A stretch of DNA of 64,000 nucleotides from Longimicrobiales bacterium (lineage in GTDB: Bacteria > Gemmatimonadota > Gemmatimonadetes > Longimicrobiales > Gaopeijiaceae). Below the pieces are notes generated by a model. The model was not told the origin of the DNA, searched no databases, and saw only the letters and a list, made by a program, of their open reading frames with translations. Below are positions 1 to 10,166 of this stretch, piece by piece (the first letter of the stretch is position 1; every line of letters starts with the position of its first letter). The position numbers were made by a program, and so were the translations under genes. The stretch is from assembly GCA_965248195.1 (NCBI GenBank), contig CBDFIQ010000001.1, positions 800,001-864,000 on the forward strand, written 5' to 3'.

Positions 1-61
1 GCTCCCGGAAACCGTGCTTGTTCAAGCGCTTCCGATTCCGTGGCCTATATGTGGGCTTCAT
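1..61 (-). CDS. rpmH: 50S ribosomal protein L34 (5' part, runs off window)
   Basis: Minus strand from 61 reads MKPTYRPRNRKRLNKHGFRE; divergent from dnaA as usual. Confidence 0.93.
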   Translation of the reverse strand, partial: MKPTYRPRNRKRLNKHGFRE

Positions 62-292
62 AACGTTTTGGTGCCTGGAGTCGTCGTCCCACGGCCACAT
101 GGATAGGCCGGGCAGCAGATGTATAGCACAGTAACATATCCGAGTGTGCGAGCACCGGTCAAGGTCGGCGACACCGCCCGAGACCTAGCGCGTCGGGAGG
201 GGAAATTGACTTTTCCACAAACGGAATCTAGCGTCCTGAGCCGCCGTCATTCCCTTCACGCGAGCGAGCGTCACCGTTCACCTTAGGAGCGC

Positions 293-1672
293 ATGGAGTT
301 CACGGCCGACGAGCTCTGGTCCCGGGTTCTCGAGGCGACCCGCGACAGACTTCAGGGACAGACCTACCGTACGTGGCTCGCCGGCACCACCGCGGTGGGA
401 GTCACCGATTCGGAGATTCTGGTCGAGGTGCCGAGCCAATTCCATGTCGAATGGATCCTCGATCGGTACGGACCACTCCTGATGGACGTCATTCAGCAGA
501 TCCTGGGTCGCCCTCTGACCGTTACTTTCCGCTGCGCCGACCCGGCAACGGCGGCGCCGATTCCCACCGTCGAGGTCACGCCGCAAGCACTCGAAACACG
601 CTCGCCGGCGATGGCGGCGGACCGGACCGGACCTCCCCCGTCCCTGAACGAGCGTTACGCGTTCGAGCGATTCGTTGTAGGAAACAACAATCAACTCGCC
701 ACGGCGGCGTGCCACGCGGTCGCGGACCATCCGGCGCTCACCTACAACCCGCTCTTCCTCTATGGCGGTGTGGGTCTCGGAAAGACCCACCTCATGCACG
801 CCATCGGGAACGCGGTGCTTCAGGCCGACCCCACTAGGCGGGTCGCCTACGTCCCCAGCGAGCAGTTCACGAACGACCTCGTCACGGCCATCCAGCGGGG
901 AACCACCGCCGAGTTCCGCAGATGGTACCGGCAGATGGACCTTCTGCTCGTCGACGACATTCAGTTCCTCAAGGGCAAGGAGCGTACCCAGGAGGAGTTC
1001 TTCCATACCTTCAACGCCCTCCATGACGCCCGGAAGCAGATCGTCCTCACGAGTGATCGGCCGCCGAAGGAGATTCCCGGCCTCGAGGAAAGGCTCATCT
1101 CGAGGTTCGAATGGGGATTGGTCGCAGACATCAAGTCGCCCGACTACGAAACCCGGGTCGCGATCCTGCGGAAGAAGGCCGACGACGACGGACTCATGGT
1201 CTCTCACGACGTCATGGACTTTATCGCACAGTTCTGTACGTCCTCGGTGCGGGAACTCGAAGGCGCGATCATCAAGTTGTTAGCGTATTCGTCCATCACG
1301 AATCAGGAAATCTCCGTAGATCTTGCGCGCAAAGCGCTTCATGGAAGCTTCGGGAGCGCGCCGGGAATCGCCGGTTCCGCGTTAGGTGCCGAGCACATCC
1401 GGAGGGCGGTCGCGACACGCTGGCAGGTCCGCGAAGAGGCGCTCAGCTCAAAGCGGAGGACCAAAGACTTGACGGTCCCTCGCCAGGTCGCCATGTACCT
1501 GATCAGAGATTTATTGGACTACTCTCTGGTACATATCGGTCAGCTGTTTGGAGACCGTGATCACTCGACGGTGATCCACTCGATTCGTAAGGTCGAAGAC
1601 GCGATAAGCGTGGACGCGGAGTTCCGCCAAACGGTCGAGGGGGTACGTGCCGAGATTGGAAGAGGACCCTGA
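293..1672 (+). CDS. dnaA: Chromosomal replication initiator DnaA
   Basis: YNPLFLYGGVGLGKTHL Walker A, LLVDDIQF, C-terminal RDHSTVIH domain IV. Confidence 0.99.
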   Translation: MEFTADELWSRVLEATRDRLQGQTYRTWLAGTTAVGVTDSEILVEVPSQFHVEWILDRYGPLLMDVIQQILGRPLTVTFRCADPATAAPIPTVEVTPQALETRSPAMAADRTGPPPSLNERYAFERFVVGNNNQLATAACHAVADHPALTYNPLFLYGGVGLGKTHLMHAIGNAVLQADPTRRVAYVPSEQFTNDLVTAIQRGTTAEFRRWYRQMDLLLVDDIQFLKGKERTQEEFFHTFNALHDARKQIVLTSDRPPKEIPGLEERLISRFEWGLVADIKSPDYETRVAILRKKADDDGLMVSHDVMDFIAQFCTSSVRELEGAIIKLLAYSSITNQEISVDLARKALHGSFGSAPGIAGSALGAEHIRRAVATRWQVREEALSSKRRTKDLTVPRQVAMYLIRDLLDYSLVHIGQLFGDRDHSTVIHSIRKVEDAISVDAEFRQTVEGVRAEIGRGP

Positions 1673-1680
1673 ATAGGGTA

Positions 1681-1895
1681 TGTGGAAAGAGCGTGCATAA
1701 CCCGCGGAGTTTTTACCTCTTTTCCACATCCTTAAGTGGAAATCTCTGTATTCCCGGTTTTCCACAAATGGAAAAAAGATCAAAGTCCGTTATGGCCATT
1801 GGTGAACATCGATTTCTCAACATTTTTACACTCTCTACTACTACTAAGATTTTTATATAGGGTACTGTCTTTATATCTAGACACTGTTTATAACC
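1681..1895. promoter_or_regulatory. oriC: DnaA boxes, DnaA-trios and AT-rich unwinding element
   Basis: TTTTCCACA at 1720 and 1758, reverse-strand variants at 1681 and 1735, (TAG)4 run on minus strand near 1835, AT-rich 1810-1890, dnaA-dnaN spacer. Confidence 0.85.
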
Positions 1896-1923
1896 GGGCG
1901 TGTACGGACGCCTTGGAGGCTCG

Positions 1924-3039
1924 ATGAATTGTTTGATCACTCGGCAGAACCTGCATACAGGCCTCGCTGCCGTTTCCGCGAGCATCCCCACGAAGACGAC
2001 GCTTCCTGTTCTCTCGAATATCCTTTTCGAGGCGGGACAGGACGGGATCTCGATGAGTGGTACCGACCTGGATGTAGCGGTTCGTGTGTGGGTTCCTGCC
2101 GAGGTGAAGGAGCAAGGAAGTATTACCGCTCCTGGAAAGAAGCTCCAGGAAATCGTGAGGGAATTAGCGGAGCAACCGGTGGAGTTGAGTACTCGGGGTG
2201 AACAGATCGAGTTGAGGTGCGGCAAGAGCCATTTTAAACTCAATGGTCTTCCCAGTGATTCGTTTCCCACTCTACCAGAGGTGGACTTCGAGCAGGGTTG
2301 GAGCGTAAAGGGTGGAGACCTCCATGGCTTGATCAAGCACACCGCATTTGCTGTTTCCTCTGAGGAGAGCCGGCCGATCCTCAACGGTGTGTTGTGGGAG
2401 TTGAGGGACGGGCGTATGCGAATGGTTGCGACCAACGGGCACCGTCTCGCGAGGAAAGGTGTGGCCGCGGGCTCTTCCAGCGCTCCCAGCGAAGATTTTA
2501 TCGTCCCCCCCATCGCGCTCCAGCAGGTTCAGCGTCTCTTCGAGAGCAAGGAGACCCTCGAGGTCGCCAAGAGTGACAATCATCTTGGATTCAGGGCAGA
2601 TGGTACCGAGGTCTATACGAGGCTCATCGAAGGCACCTATCCCAACTACGAACAAGTGATTCCGAAGGACAACGATAAATTTGCGATCGTCGCCAAGGAT
2701 ACGTTGGCCTCGGCGGTCCGTCGCATGGCGGTGGTCGCGAGTGACCAAACGCACCGGATCCGCATGGCTTTCGAGTCGGATCGAGTCCATCTGACCGTTC
2801 TCACACCCGACCTCGGCGAGGGCGAGGACGAGTTGGAGTTGACGTACGAAGGCGAGGGAATCGAGATCGGCTTCAACGCGGCATATTTGCTCGAGGTGCT
2901 GAAGTACATGTCCACCGACGAGGTGAAGATCACGTTGAAGGCTCCTGAGCGGGCCGCAACCATCGAGCCGGTCCCAGCCGAGGGCGAAGAGGCGGAGGAC
3001 TACCTTTGCCTGGTGATGCCGCTGCGGTTGCTCGACTGA
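1924..3039 (+). CDS. dnaN: DNA polymerase III beta sliding clamp
   Basis: LPVLSNILF, RPILNGV, VATNGHRL, YPNYEQVIP, CLVMPLRL; GGAGG upstream of ATG 1924. Confidence 0.98.
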   Translation: MNCLITRQNLHTGLAAVSASIPTKTTLPVLSNILFEAGQDGISMSGTDLDVAVRVWVPAEVKEQGSITAPGKKLQEIVRELAEQPVELSTRGEQIELRCGKSHFKLNGLPSDSFPTLPEVDFEQGWSVKGGDLHGLIKHTAFAVSSEESRPILNGVLWELRDGRMRMVATNGHRLARKGVAAGSSSAPSEDFIVPPIALQQVQRLFESKETLEVAKSDNHLGFRADGTEVYTRLIEGTYPNYEQVIPKDNDKFAIVAKDTLASAVRRMAVVASDQTHRIRMAFESDRVHLTVLTPDLGEGEDELELTYEGEGIEIGFNAAYLLEVLKYMSTDEVKITLKAPERAATIEPVPAEGEEAEDYLCLVMPLRLLD

Positions 3040-3130
3040 GTTCCCACCCGTCGGTTGGCAGGCGGTAATATCCACCGTATTCTTTACGGCCTGTTTCCGG
3101 AAAACTCCCTTTTGAACTGGTGACGAAAAA

Positions 3131-4375
3131 ATGAGCCGATCCCAGAGTTGGATTCGCGCGGTCTTGGTAACATCGATGGTGGTCCTCGCTACGTCGGCTT
3201 GCGGGATGGACGACGCCGGCATTGGCGAGGCCGGGATGGGCGACGCCGGGATGGCGTCTGCCATGGCCAGAGTGCCGGCGGACGCGTCGGGACCCGGGGT
3301 ACCGGAAGGCGTGGCGCAATTTGCCGTCGACCCGTTCTGGCCCAAGCCCCTCCCCAACAACTGGATCATGGGGCAGATCGCCGGCACCTCAGTCGACAGC
3401 GACGACAACCTCTGGATCATCCATAGGCCGTTCACCGTGCAGGGTACGAACGCCGGCTCGACCCCGTCGCAGACCACGCGGGACCAGTCGTGGGGCCACG
3501 CCACGCTTCAATCGCTCTGCTGCACCACGGCGCCGCCCGTGCTGGCGTTCAACCCGGAAGGGGAGGTGATCCAAGCCTGGGGCGGCGATAGTCCCACCGG
3601 GGAATACCAGTGGTTCAACAGCGAGCACGGAATCCACGTGGACTACCAGGGTTTCGTGTGGGTCGCCGGGAACGGCGGCGACGACCATCACCTGATGAAG
3701 TTCACGCAGGACGGCGAGCTCGTGTTCAAGATCGGGGACGTCGGTGTGAGCCAGGGCAGCAACGACACGAACTCCGTCAACCGAGCCGCTACGATGGAAG
3801 TGGACCCCACGACCGACGAGCTCTATGTGGCGGATGGGTACGGCAATCGGAGGTTGATCGTCTTCGATGCCCAGACCGGCGAGTACCTGCGACACTGGGG
3901 AGCCTATGGTGAGCCTCCGGTCGATGAGAATCCGGGCCCATGGGACCCGGACGCTCCGGCGAGCCGGACGTGGCGTACACCAGTCCACGGACTGGCCATC
4001 TCCAATGACGGGCGAGTCTACGTGAGCGACCGTCCCAGCAACCGGTTTCAGGTCTTTGAGAAGGACGGGACCTACATCATGGAAAATGTTCTCGCTCCGC
4101 AGACGTACGGGCCCGGATCGACGTGGGGCGCCGAGTTCGACCCGCTCGACACCGAGCAACGGTTCCTTTACGTGCCCGACGGCACCAACAACGTGGTGTG
4201 GACGCTGGATAGGGAAACGCTCGAGCCCGTCTACTCCTGGGGCACAGGCGGGAAGCAGCCGGGCAACTTCGACTGGCTCCACTACATGGATTTCGATTCG
4301 CAGGGGAATCTCTACACCGGCGAGGTGCAGACCGGGCACCGGGTCCAGAAATTCGTGCGCCTGAACGGCAATTAG
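3131..4375 (+). CDS. NHL-repeat beta-propeller lipoprotein
   Basis: Lipobox-like TSAC; VDPFWPKPLPNNW, LYVADGYGNRR, VYVSDRPSNRFQVF repeats. Confidence 0.85.
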   Translation: MSRSQSWIRAVLVTSMVVLATSACGMDDAGIGEAGMGDAGMASAMARVPADASGPGVPEGVAQFAVDPFWPKPLPNNWIMGQIAGTSVDSDDNLWIIHRPFTVQGTNAGSTPSQTTRDQSWGHATLQSLCCTTAPPVLAFNPEGEVIQAWGGDSPTGEYQWFNSEHGIHVDYQGFVWVAGNGGDDHHLMKFTQDGELVFKIGDVGVSQGSNDTNSVNRAATMEVDPTTDELYVADGYGNRRLIVFDAQTGEYLRHWGAYGEPPVDENPGPWDPDAPASRTWRTPVHGLAISNDGRVYVSDRPSNRFQVFEKDGTYIMENVLAPQTYGPGSTWGAEFDPLDTEQRFLYVPDGTNNVVWTLDRETLEPVYSWGTGGKQPGNFDWLHYMDFDSQGNLYTGEVQTGHRVQKFVRLNGN

Positions 4376-4434
4376 GCGCCGAGCAGCTAACAGGAGCCAA
4401 ACTGCTAACGGGAGCCGCTAACAGGAGCCGAGTA

Positions 4435-5253
4435 ATGGAGATCGGCAAAGGGAAACCGCTTTCAAGACGGACCGCTCTGGGTGGCATGGGCGCCGCTATG
4501 GCGTTGCCGCTGGTCCGTCCCACGCTTTCCCCCTCCGCTAGGCCAGTCGAGGGGAAGGTCGCCCTGGTGACGGGCTCCGGCCGGAATCTTGGCCGTGCGG
4601 CGGCACTCGAGCTGGCGAGGCGTGGTGCGGACGTCGTGGTCAACGCACGGTCCAATAGGGCGGAGGCCGAGGCCGTTGCACGTGAGGCCGAATCTCTCGG
4701 CGTAAGGGCGATCGCGCTTCTAGCCGACGTGGGTGATGAGCAACAAGTGAATCAGATGGTGGCCGAGGCGCTGGAGCGCCTCGGCCGCATCGACATTCTG
4801 ATCAACAACGCCGGCTTCCGGGCGTCGAGCCCTCTCACGGAGATGAGCACGGACGAGTGGCGGGCAGCTGCCGCCGTCAACTTCGACGGTCCCTTCTTCT
4901 GCACCCGGGCCGTCGTTCCCGGCATGATCTCCAACGGCTACGGGCGCATCATCACGGTGTCGGGCCTCAATGCCTTCCACGGAAGACCCAACTGGTCGCA
5001 CATATGCGGTTCGAAGATGGGAGCCATAGGCATGACCCGGGCGCTCGCGATAGAGCTGGGACGCTACAACATTCTCGTGAACCACGTCGTCCCCGGAGCC
5101 TACAACGCGCACCCGAACCTGGACCGGATCCCCCTCGGGCGTCTGGGACTCGCGCAGGAGCTAGCCAACACTTACGCATTCCTGGCGTCCGAAGATGCGA
5201 GCTACATCACAGGTCAGACGTTCCACGTCAACGGCGGGGAGAACCGGTACTAG
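4435..5253 (+). CDS. Short-chain dehydrogenase/reductase (FabG-like), Tat-like leader
   Basis: ALVTGSGRNLG, INNAG, YITGQTFHVNGG. Confidence 0.9.
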   Translation: MEIGKGKPLSRRTALGGMGAAMALPLVRPTLSPSARPVEGKVALVTGSGRNLGRAAALELARRGADVVVNARSNRAEAEAVAREAESLGVRAIALLADVGDEQQVNQMVAEALERLGRIDILINNAGFRASSPLTEMSTDEWRAAAAVNFDGPFFCTRAVVPGMISNGYGRIITVSGLNAFHGRPNWSHICGSKMGAIGMTRALAIELGRYNILVNHVVPGAYNAHPNLDRIPLGRLGLAQELANTYAFLASEDASYITGQTFHVNGGENRY

Positions 5254-5280
5254 GGTCGAGTGAGGCCCTGGCGAGTAGCC

Positions 5281-5731
5281 CTACCGAGGAAGAAGCCCCG
5301 ACAGTCCGAACGTCAGCCCGAAATCCAAGGCCTGGCCCGTGACTCCCACCGCCGCCGCCGCGTCCAACTGCCATTGCGGGTTCAGCAGAAACGTGCCTCC
5401 GAAGTCGACGTAACCGACGTTGCCGCCGTGCCGGTCCCCCGCGATCTGTTCGAAGGCGATTTCAACGAAGGCGCGAAGCGAGTCGCTTAGCCCCTTCCCA
5501 ACCACGGCACCGAAAATGCCCGAGGTGAAGCGCTCACCGTCGTCTCGATCGTAGAGGATTCCAGGCATGACTCCGATCCCCCAATCGCCCAGGGCCCATT
5601 CCGCCACGACCCGTAACGAGGGCCGCGTCCCGCTGCCCCGGAAGGCGTCAGACCCCGTGGGGAGGTCGGCGTGAACCAGGGCGGCCATGGCCGGCGCGTT
5701 GCCCGTCTCGGGAGCGAAGAACGTCCACTTC
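5281..5731 (-). pseudogene. 3' half of outer-membrane transporter (MetA/phenol-degradation-like beta-barrel) gene split by the prophage
   Basis: KWTFFAPETGNAPAMAALVHADLPTGS...QWQLDAAAAVG...FGLS; joins in frame to the 53249-53599 half. Confidence 0.88.
5725..5731 (+). other. att core, left junction (CCACTTC)
   Basis: Identical 7-mer at 53249-53255 exactly at the host-gene breakpoint. Confidence 0.88.
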
Positions 5732-5794
5732 TACTATAATCTAGCAAATACAACACTCTGTGGCCTGGCTTATGGCAAACCGTTGTTTTCGCTG

Positions 5795-7063
5795 TCACCC
5801 CTGAATCCTCCTTTCGATGTACTGAACGGCGGCCCGGTAGGTGTCAGGAATAAGGTGGGCGTAGGTCTCCTCGACGACCTTGGTCGTGTCACCTAGCAGG
5901 GTGGCGATCACATTGAGCGGAACGCCGTCCTGTGCCAGCCACGAGGCGTAAGTGTGACGACCCGAATGCAGCGTGAGCCCGTCGCCCTCCCTTCCGTACT
6001 TGATCCCGGCCAGCTCGAAGGCGTCCTGGGCCCAGCGAGCCGAGGTGCCGGCCGTCACAGGCTGGTCCCCGCGATGAGGGCTCACAATCAAGTACCGCTC
6101 CCCGGCATAGCCTCTGCGGAGGTGGTCTTCGATGATCGTGACGAGGCTCTCGGTGATTGGAACGTCCCTTTCACCGCGCCGCGTCTTCGGCCTCCAGGGA
6201 TAGGCATCCTTTCGGGACTGGACGCGGATGAGCGGTTCGGGGCTCTCCAGGAGCACATCCACGTCGGTGCGCAGATGTAGGATCTCGCCTTGGCGCAGTC
6301 CGGCGAGGAACGCAATCACGATCATCGCCCGGCTGGGGATCCCAAGCATACCGCGGTCCAGGTCCACCCACTCCGGTGGAGTCAGGAACACAGCCCGTGT
6401 GGGCCGGATCTCGGGCATCTCGACGCCCTTCCAGGGGTTGCTACGGATCGCAGGCTGTACGTTGCGGCGAGCGAGCAAGTCGGCCTCCTCGTCCATGACC
6501 ATGCTCCAGAGTGCCCCGCACACGACCTGGCAAGCCCCTTGGCTGGCAGGTGCCCACGGACGCCCCGCTGTGCTGGCTTTCGGGCCGTGCAGGTACGCGC
6601 GCGCCTCGTCGACCGTCAGCTCTTCCATAGGGAAGTCCGAGCCGACGTCTCTCTCAAGGTGCCCGAGAACCGTACGATACTTCTTGATGGTGGACCGACT
6701 GCGTGTCGCCTCTTTGAGCCTCAGGAACCTCTCGACGGCCGGCCCGAGCCGTGGCGAGTCGGAGCCCATGCGCCGCAGCTTGGTGGCGTCGCCGTTACGT
6801 AGCGCGGCCTGAGCGTCGGTGATGTGCATGTCGCCACGGCGGATCGCCTCGAGCACGTTCCAGTCGCCACGATCCATGAGCTGAGTCAGGACGGTATGGC
6901 GCTCGGTGGCCACATCCTGATCGCCGGTCCTGAGCGAGATCGCCAGGCGGCCGCCCTTGAACCGCGAGTGCCTACGGTCGAAGTAGGCGCGGCCAGCTCG
7001 CCATACGAGGCCCTTGGGGGCACGTGAGCGCTTTCTAGGGCCCACTGCCCACGAGCTCCTCAC
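5795..7063 (-). CDS. int: Tyrosine integrase
   Basis: AGLRQGE, PKT, LHSGRHTYAS, LLGD, ETYAH motifs; adjacent to att; exact start uncertain. Confidence 0.95.
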   Translation of the reverse strand: MRSSWAVGPRKRSRAPKGLVWRAGRAYFDRRHSRFKGGRLAISLRTGDQDVATERHTVLTQLMDRGDWNVLEAIRRGDMHITDAQAALRNGDATKLRRMGSDSPRLGPAVERFLRLKEATRSRSTIKKYRTVLGHLERDVGSDFPMEELTVDEARAYLHGPKASTAGRPWAPASQGACQVVCGALWSMVMDEEADLLARRNVQPAIRSNPWKGVEMPEIRPTRAVFLTPPEWVDLDRGMLGIPSRAMIVIAFLAGLRQGEILHLRTDVDVLLESPEPLIRVQSRKDAYPWRPKTRRGERDVPITESLVTIIEDHLRRGYAGERYLIVSPHRGDQPVTAGTSARWAQDAFELAGIKYGREGDGLTLHSGRHTYASWLAQDGVPLNVIATLLGDTTKVVEETYAHLIPDTYRAAVQYIERRIQG

Positions 7064-7277
7064 ACTCTTGGACGAAGCGATCGACAGCCTTCGGCGAGAT
7101 TCGGTAGTGCGCCTTGCCAGAGCGCGACACGTTTAGGACCCCGGGGGGCTTCAGGTGGCCTTCGTGGATCATCTTGAGTACGAAACCGGCGGACATCCCG
7201 CCGATGCGCTCGCCCGCCTGTTCCGTGCTGAGCCAGTTGTACTCCGCATCGTACTGCTCCAGGGTCTTCGTTCTCAT
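7035..7277 (-). CDS. Excisionase-like HTH protein
   Basis: WLSTEQAGERIGG...YRISPKAVDRF, directly upstream of int. Confidence 0.75.
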   Translation of the reverse strand: MRTKTLEQYDAEYNWLSTEQAGERIGGMSAGFVLKMIHEGHLKPPGVLNVSRSGKAHYRISPKAVDRFVQECEELVGSGP

Positions 7278-8227
7278 CTCACCACGCCCCTTACGGCTTC
7301 AGTAGCCCAGGGAGCCGGGCGCACGATCCGCTCCTCCGCGCCCAGCTCCATCATCCGCCGGAACAGAAGGACCGCGCTGTCTTGCAACGCGAGCTTGGTG
7401 CGCTCCAGCATGTCCCTGGCAGCGTCCCAGGCAGAGTCCCTGGCAGCGGTCCAGGCAGCGTCCCAGGCAGCGTCCCAGGCACCGGCAGCGTCCCAGGCAC
7501 CGGCCCTGGCAGCGCCCCAGGCAGCGCCCACGGCAGCGGCCCTGGCAGCGTCCCCGGCAGCGGCCCTGGCAGCGGCAGCGTCCCAGGCAGCGGCCCTGGC
7601 AGCGCCCCAGGCAGCGCCCACGGCAGCGGCCCTGGCAGCGTCCCAGGCAGCGGCCCTGGCAGCGGCCCAGGCAGCGGCCCCGGCAGAGTCCCTGGCAGCG
7701 GTCCAGGCAGCGGCCCAGGCACCGGCAGCGTCCCCGGCAGCGGCCCTGGCAGCGTCCCCGGCAGCGGCCGCCGACTTGCGGGCGGTATCCAACACCTCCT
7801 GCGCACCCCAGAGCGTAGCGGCGTCCGCGATCTCGGGGAGCGCCTGCAGGCCGTCGGCCTCCGTGTCCAGCCGAGCCAGCCGCAGCCATGCAGGCGTATA
7901 GGTACGGACGATCCAATCCATCGCCATGAAGCCGCGAGCCTCGGCGTGGCCATCGCTCGCCGTGCCGACGAGCGCCGGAATGAGTGGCTTCAGCCGTTGC
8001 CGCCGCTCGACGTCCAGACGGTCGTTGAGGCCGCGCCCGAACGCACCGAGCACCGGGCATACGCAATTCGGTCCATCGCTGTGCGGCTCGCGCGCCAGCC
8101 ATGCGACGGCCTCCATGAGGCACACCCCTTCGTCCGGGCTCTGGTGCGATCCATTTTCCAGCCTCAAGCGCCCGAAGTCTTCCGCGCTCCGCCAGAACCA
8201 CGGTTCGTTACGTGTCTCTCTCATCAT
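7274..8227 (-). CDS. Phage protein with AAWDAA/AARAA low-complexity repeats
   Basis: GSH..CLMEAVAWLAREPHSD N-terminus then tetrapeptide repeats. Confidence 0.8.
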   Translation of the reverse strand: MMRETRNEPWFWRSAEDFGRLRLENGSHQSPDEGVCLMEAVAWLAREPHSDGPNCVCPVLGAFGRGLNDRLDVERRQRLKPLIPALVGTASDGHAEARGFMAMDWIVRTYTPAWLRLARLDTEADGLQALPEIADAATLWGAQEVLDTARKSAAAAGDAARAAAGDAAGAWAAAWTAARDSAGAAAWAAARAAAWDAARAAAVGAAWGAARAAAWDAAAARAAAGDAARAAAVGAAWGAARAGAWDAAGAWDAAWDAAWTAARDSAWDAARDMLERTKLALQDSAVLLFRRMMELGAEERIVRPAPWATEAVRGVVR

Positions 8228-8467
8228 TACACTCCTTTGTGTACAGTTCGCCCCCACCCGCGAGCCCGAGCCCATTCATGGGTCTATGTTCTCCGCCACG
8301 GCCCTAGAGCCGCCCACGCCGCGTCGACGGCGTGGCGGTGAGCACCCGGTCCGGGTTGTCGGCACTGAACGCCTCACGCATCTCGCCGACGGTCAACTCG
8401 CCGGATCCGACTGTGACGGCCACGTGGGTGTCGTCGGGGAGACCGGACAGCATCTCGGCGATCGTCA

Positions 8468-8974
8468 TCAGAACTCCAAGCCCACCAACGTGGGCGCGTG
8501 AACCTTCCACCCCCAGATCGCTGTCCACGCGGCGTCGACCGCGTGGCTGCCGATACCGTCCGGCCACAATCGATCCAGGTTCTCCGTCCACCAGCTATGC
8601 AGTGCCGCCTTCATTTCCCATTTCTCGCAGCGGCCGCGGTCGGTTGCGAACTTCTTGAGCGTGCTCACGTTGACGCCGGCGTACTCAAGCCCGAGCTGCT
8701 CGCATCGCATCTGCACGATCGCGCCCATCCGGACCTGTACGAGTGAGCCTCGCATCTTCGGAACAACGAAGCGGACGTCCTCGAACGTGACCAGGTCGGG
8801 GCGATCGGCGAGCACTTCATCCAAGCGATTCTGGAGGCGCTTGAACATGGCGCCCTCCGTATCGCCCGTGCCCTTACGGGCCTCGAACGTGCCCCACTCG
8901 ACGGCCTCGAGCAGATCGGTGTCGAGCTTGAAGAACCCCCCGACCTGGCCCAGATCGATTCCGGTGATTCGCAA
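8468..8974 (-). CDS. RuvC-like Holliday junction resolvase
   Basis: ITGIDLG, PDLVTFE, STLKKFAT.RG...K..M, HAVDA. Confidence 0.8.
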   Translation of the reverse strand: MRITGIDLGQVGGFFKLDTDLLEAVEWGTFEARKGTGDTEGAMFKRLQNRLDEVLADRPDLVTFEDVRFVVPKMRGSLVQVRMGAIVQMRCEQLGLEYAGVNVSTLKKFATDRGRCEKWEMKAALHSWWTENLDRLWPDGIGSHAVDAAWTAIWGWKVHAPTLVGLEF

Positions 8975-8977
8975 GGC

Positions 8978-9802
8978 TCAGTCCGCCTCGTTCTCGAAGA
9001 TGTCAGCGAACGGCAGTTCGCGTTGCTGTGCCGACACGACCGCGGTCGCGAGACGGTGATCCTCAGGCGACGTACCGGTTCCGAAGAGCTCGAGCTCGTC
9101 GTAGAAGCCCTCGAAGTGGTTCGGGATCACGGTGCCGTTCTCGTCGAGGCAGCGGAGCGCCTTATAAATCGCGCGCACCTTCTGCCGGGTGTTCAGCGTC
9201 CGGAAGATCTGGAAGTTGACGATCACCGCCGCGTTGGATCCGCCGGAGTGATACGTGAGCAGCGCGCCGTAAGACTTGCCGAGGGCGTGCACGGCCGCGC
9301 CACGCTTGGTCCACGTCTTCTTGTTGCGCCACAGGAACCCGACCTTGCGCCCGCTGATCTCGATGTTCGGGCAACCGCGGCAGAGTAGCAGCCCTATGCG
9401 CTCGACGATCGGGGCGTGCCGGTACTCCTCGCTGGCCTCACCCGGCCACTGCGCCGGGATCGTGAGCTCGGGCAAGACATCGACGACCGCGATCAGGGCA
9501 TCGATCACCGCCTCCGGCTTCATGTCGTGGACGTCGCTGTCGAGCTTCTTGAACACCTGCTCGGCATTGCTCAGGTCCTTCTTCGACACGTCGGGCCGCG
9601 TCCAGATCGGAGGCGGCTTGTCGTCCGGTCGCTCCTGCGTGGCGACGCCCTGCTCTCCGGGCTTGGACGTCACCGCAGCGTCGCCGTTCGGCTCGGCCTT
9701 GCCGTGGGGCTTGGCCTTCTTCCCCTTCTGCAGGCTCTTGAACTCGGCAAAGGCTTGGGGGGCCTCCTCCTTGGCCGCTCCCTTCAGTGTTTGTTGTTCC
9801 AT
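8978..9802 (-). CDS. Phage protein, C-terminal domain resembling putative phage metallopeptidase without HExxH
   Basis: VGFLWR...LGK...VIVN...LNTRQK pattern. Confidence 0.55.
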   Translation of the reverse strand: MEQQTLKGAAKEEAPQAFAEFKSLQKGKKAKPHGKAEPNGDAAVTSKPGEQGVATQERPDDKPPPIWTRPDVSKKDLSNAEQVFKKLDSDVHDMKPEAVIDALIAVVDVLPELTIPAQWPGEASEEYRHAPIVERIGLLLCRGCPNIEISGRKVGFLWRNKKTWTKRGAAVHALGKSYGALLTYHSGGSNAAVIVNFQIFRTLNTRQKVRAIYKALRCLDENGTVIPNHFEGFYDELELFGTGTSPEDHRLATAVVSAQQRELPFADIFENEAD

Positions 9803-9836
9803 GGACCTGCACTCCTTGGGGTTGTGGTCGTGGTCT

Positions 9837-10166
9837 TCAAGCCGACTCCGCCTTGCGCGCAGCCAAATCCAGCACGCCCTCGTCGTCGTCATCCCCTTCG
9901 ACAATGGGGTCGTCCGTGTGCTGCTCGATCATCTTCCGGACTGCTCCCCAACGCAGGTTCGGACGCTCTATTTCGTCGCCGTTACTGTCGTCGGCGGGCC
10001 ACGCGATGACCTCCACCCGGAACGTGTAGTCGCCGGACTTTAGGATCATCGGGCCCTCGCCGGCATCGACGCCGGTAATCAAGAAATTGCTCGCGTCGCA
10101 ACGTTTTTCAGAGGCCATCGTCTGGGTCTCCTTCTTCGTGGGTTCGGCGTGCGCGTCAGCCTTCAT
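9837..10166 (-). CDS. Hypothetical phage protein
   Basis: ORF in early operon, phage-like codon use. Confidence 0.55.
   Translation of the reverse strand: MKADAHAEPTKKETQTMASEKRCDASNFLITGVDAGEGPMILKSGDYTFRVEVIAWPADDSNGDEIERPNLRWGAVRKMIEQHTDDPIVEGDDDDEGVLDLAARKAESA

Noticed and set aside
278..1207. 309-aa ORF opposite dnaA
   Set aside because: Antisense shadow of dnaA
4385..4432. GCTAACAGGAGCC x3 before the SDR gene
   Set aside because: Short local slippage around an RBS-like motif; no supportable function
7155..8341. Long alternative-frame ORFs (PGS/CRG repeats)
   Set aside because: Shadows of the 12-nt repeat tract in the real minus-strand gene
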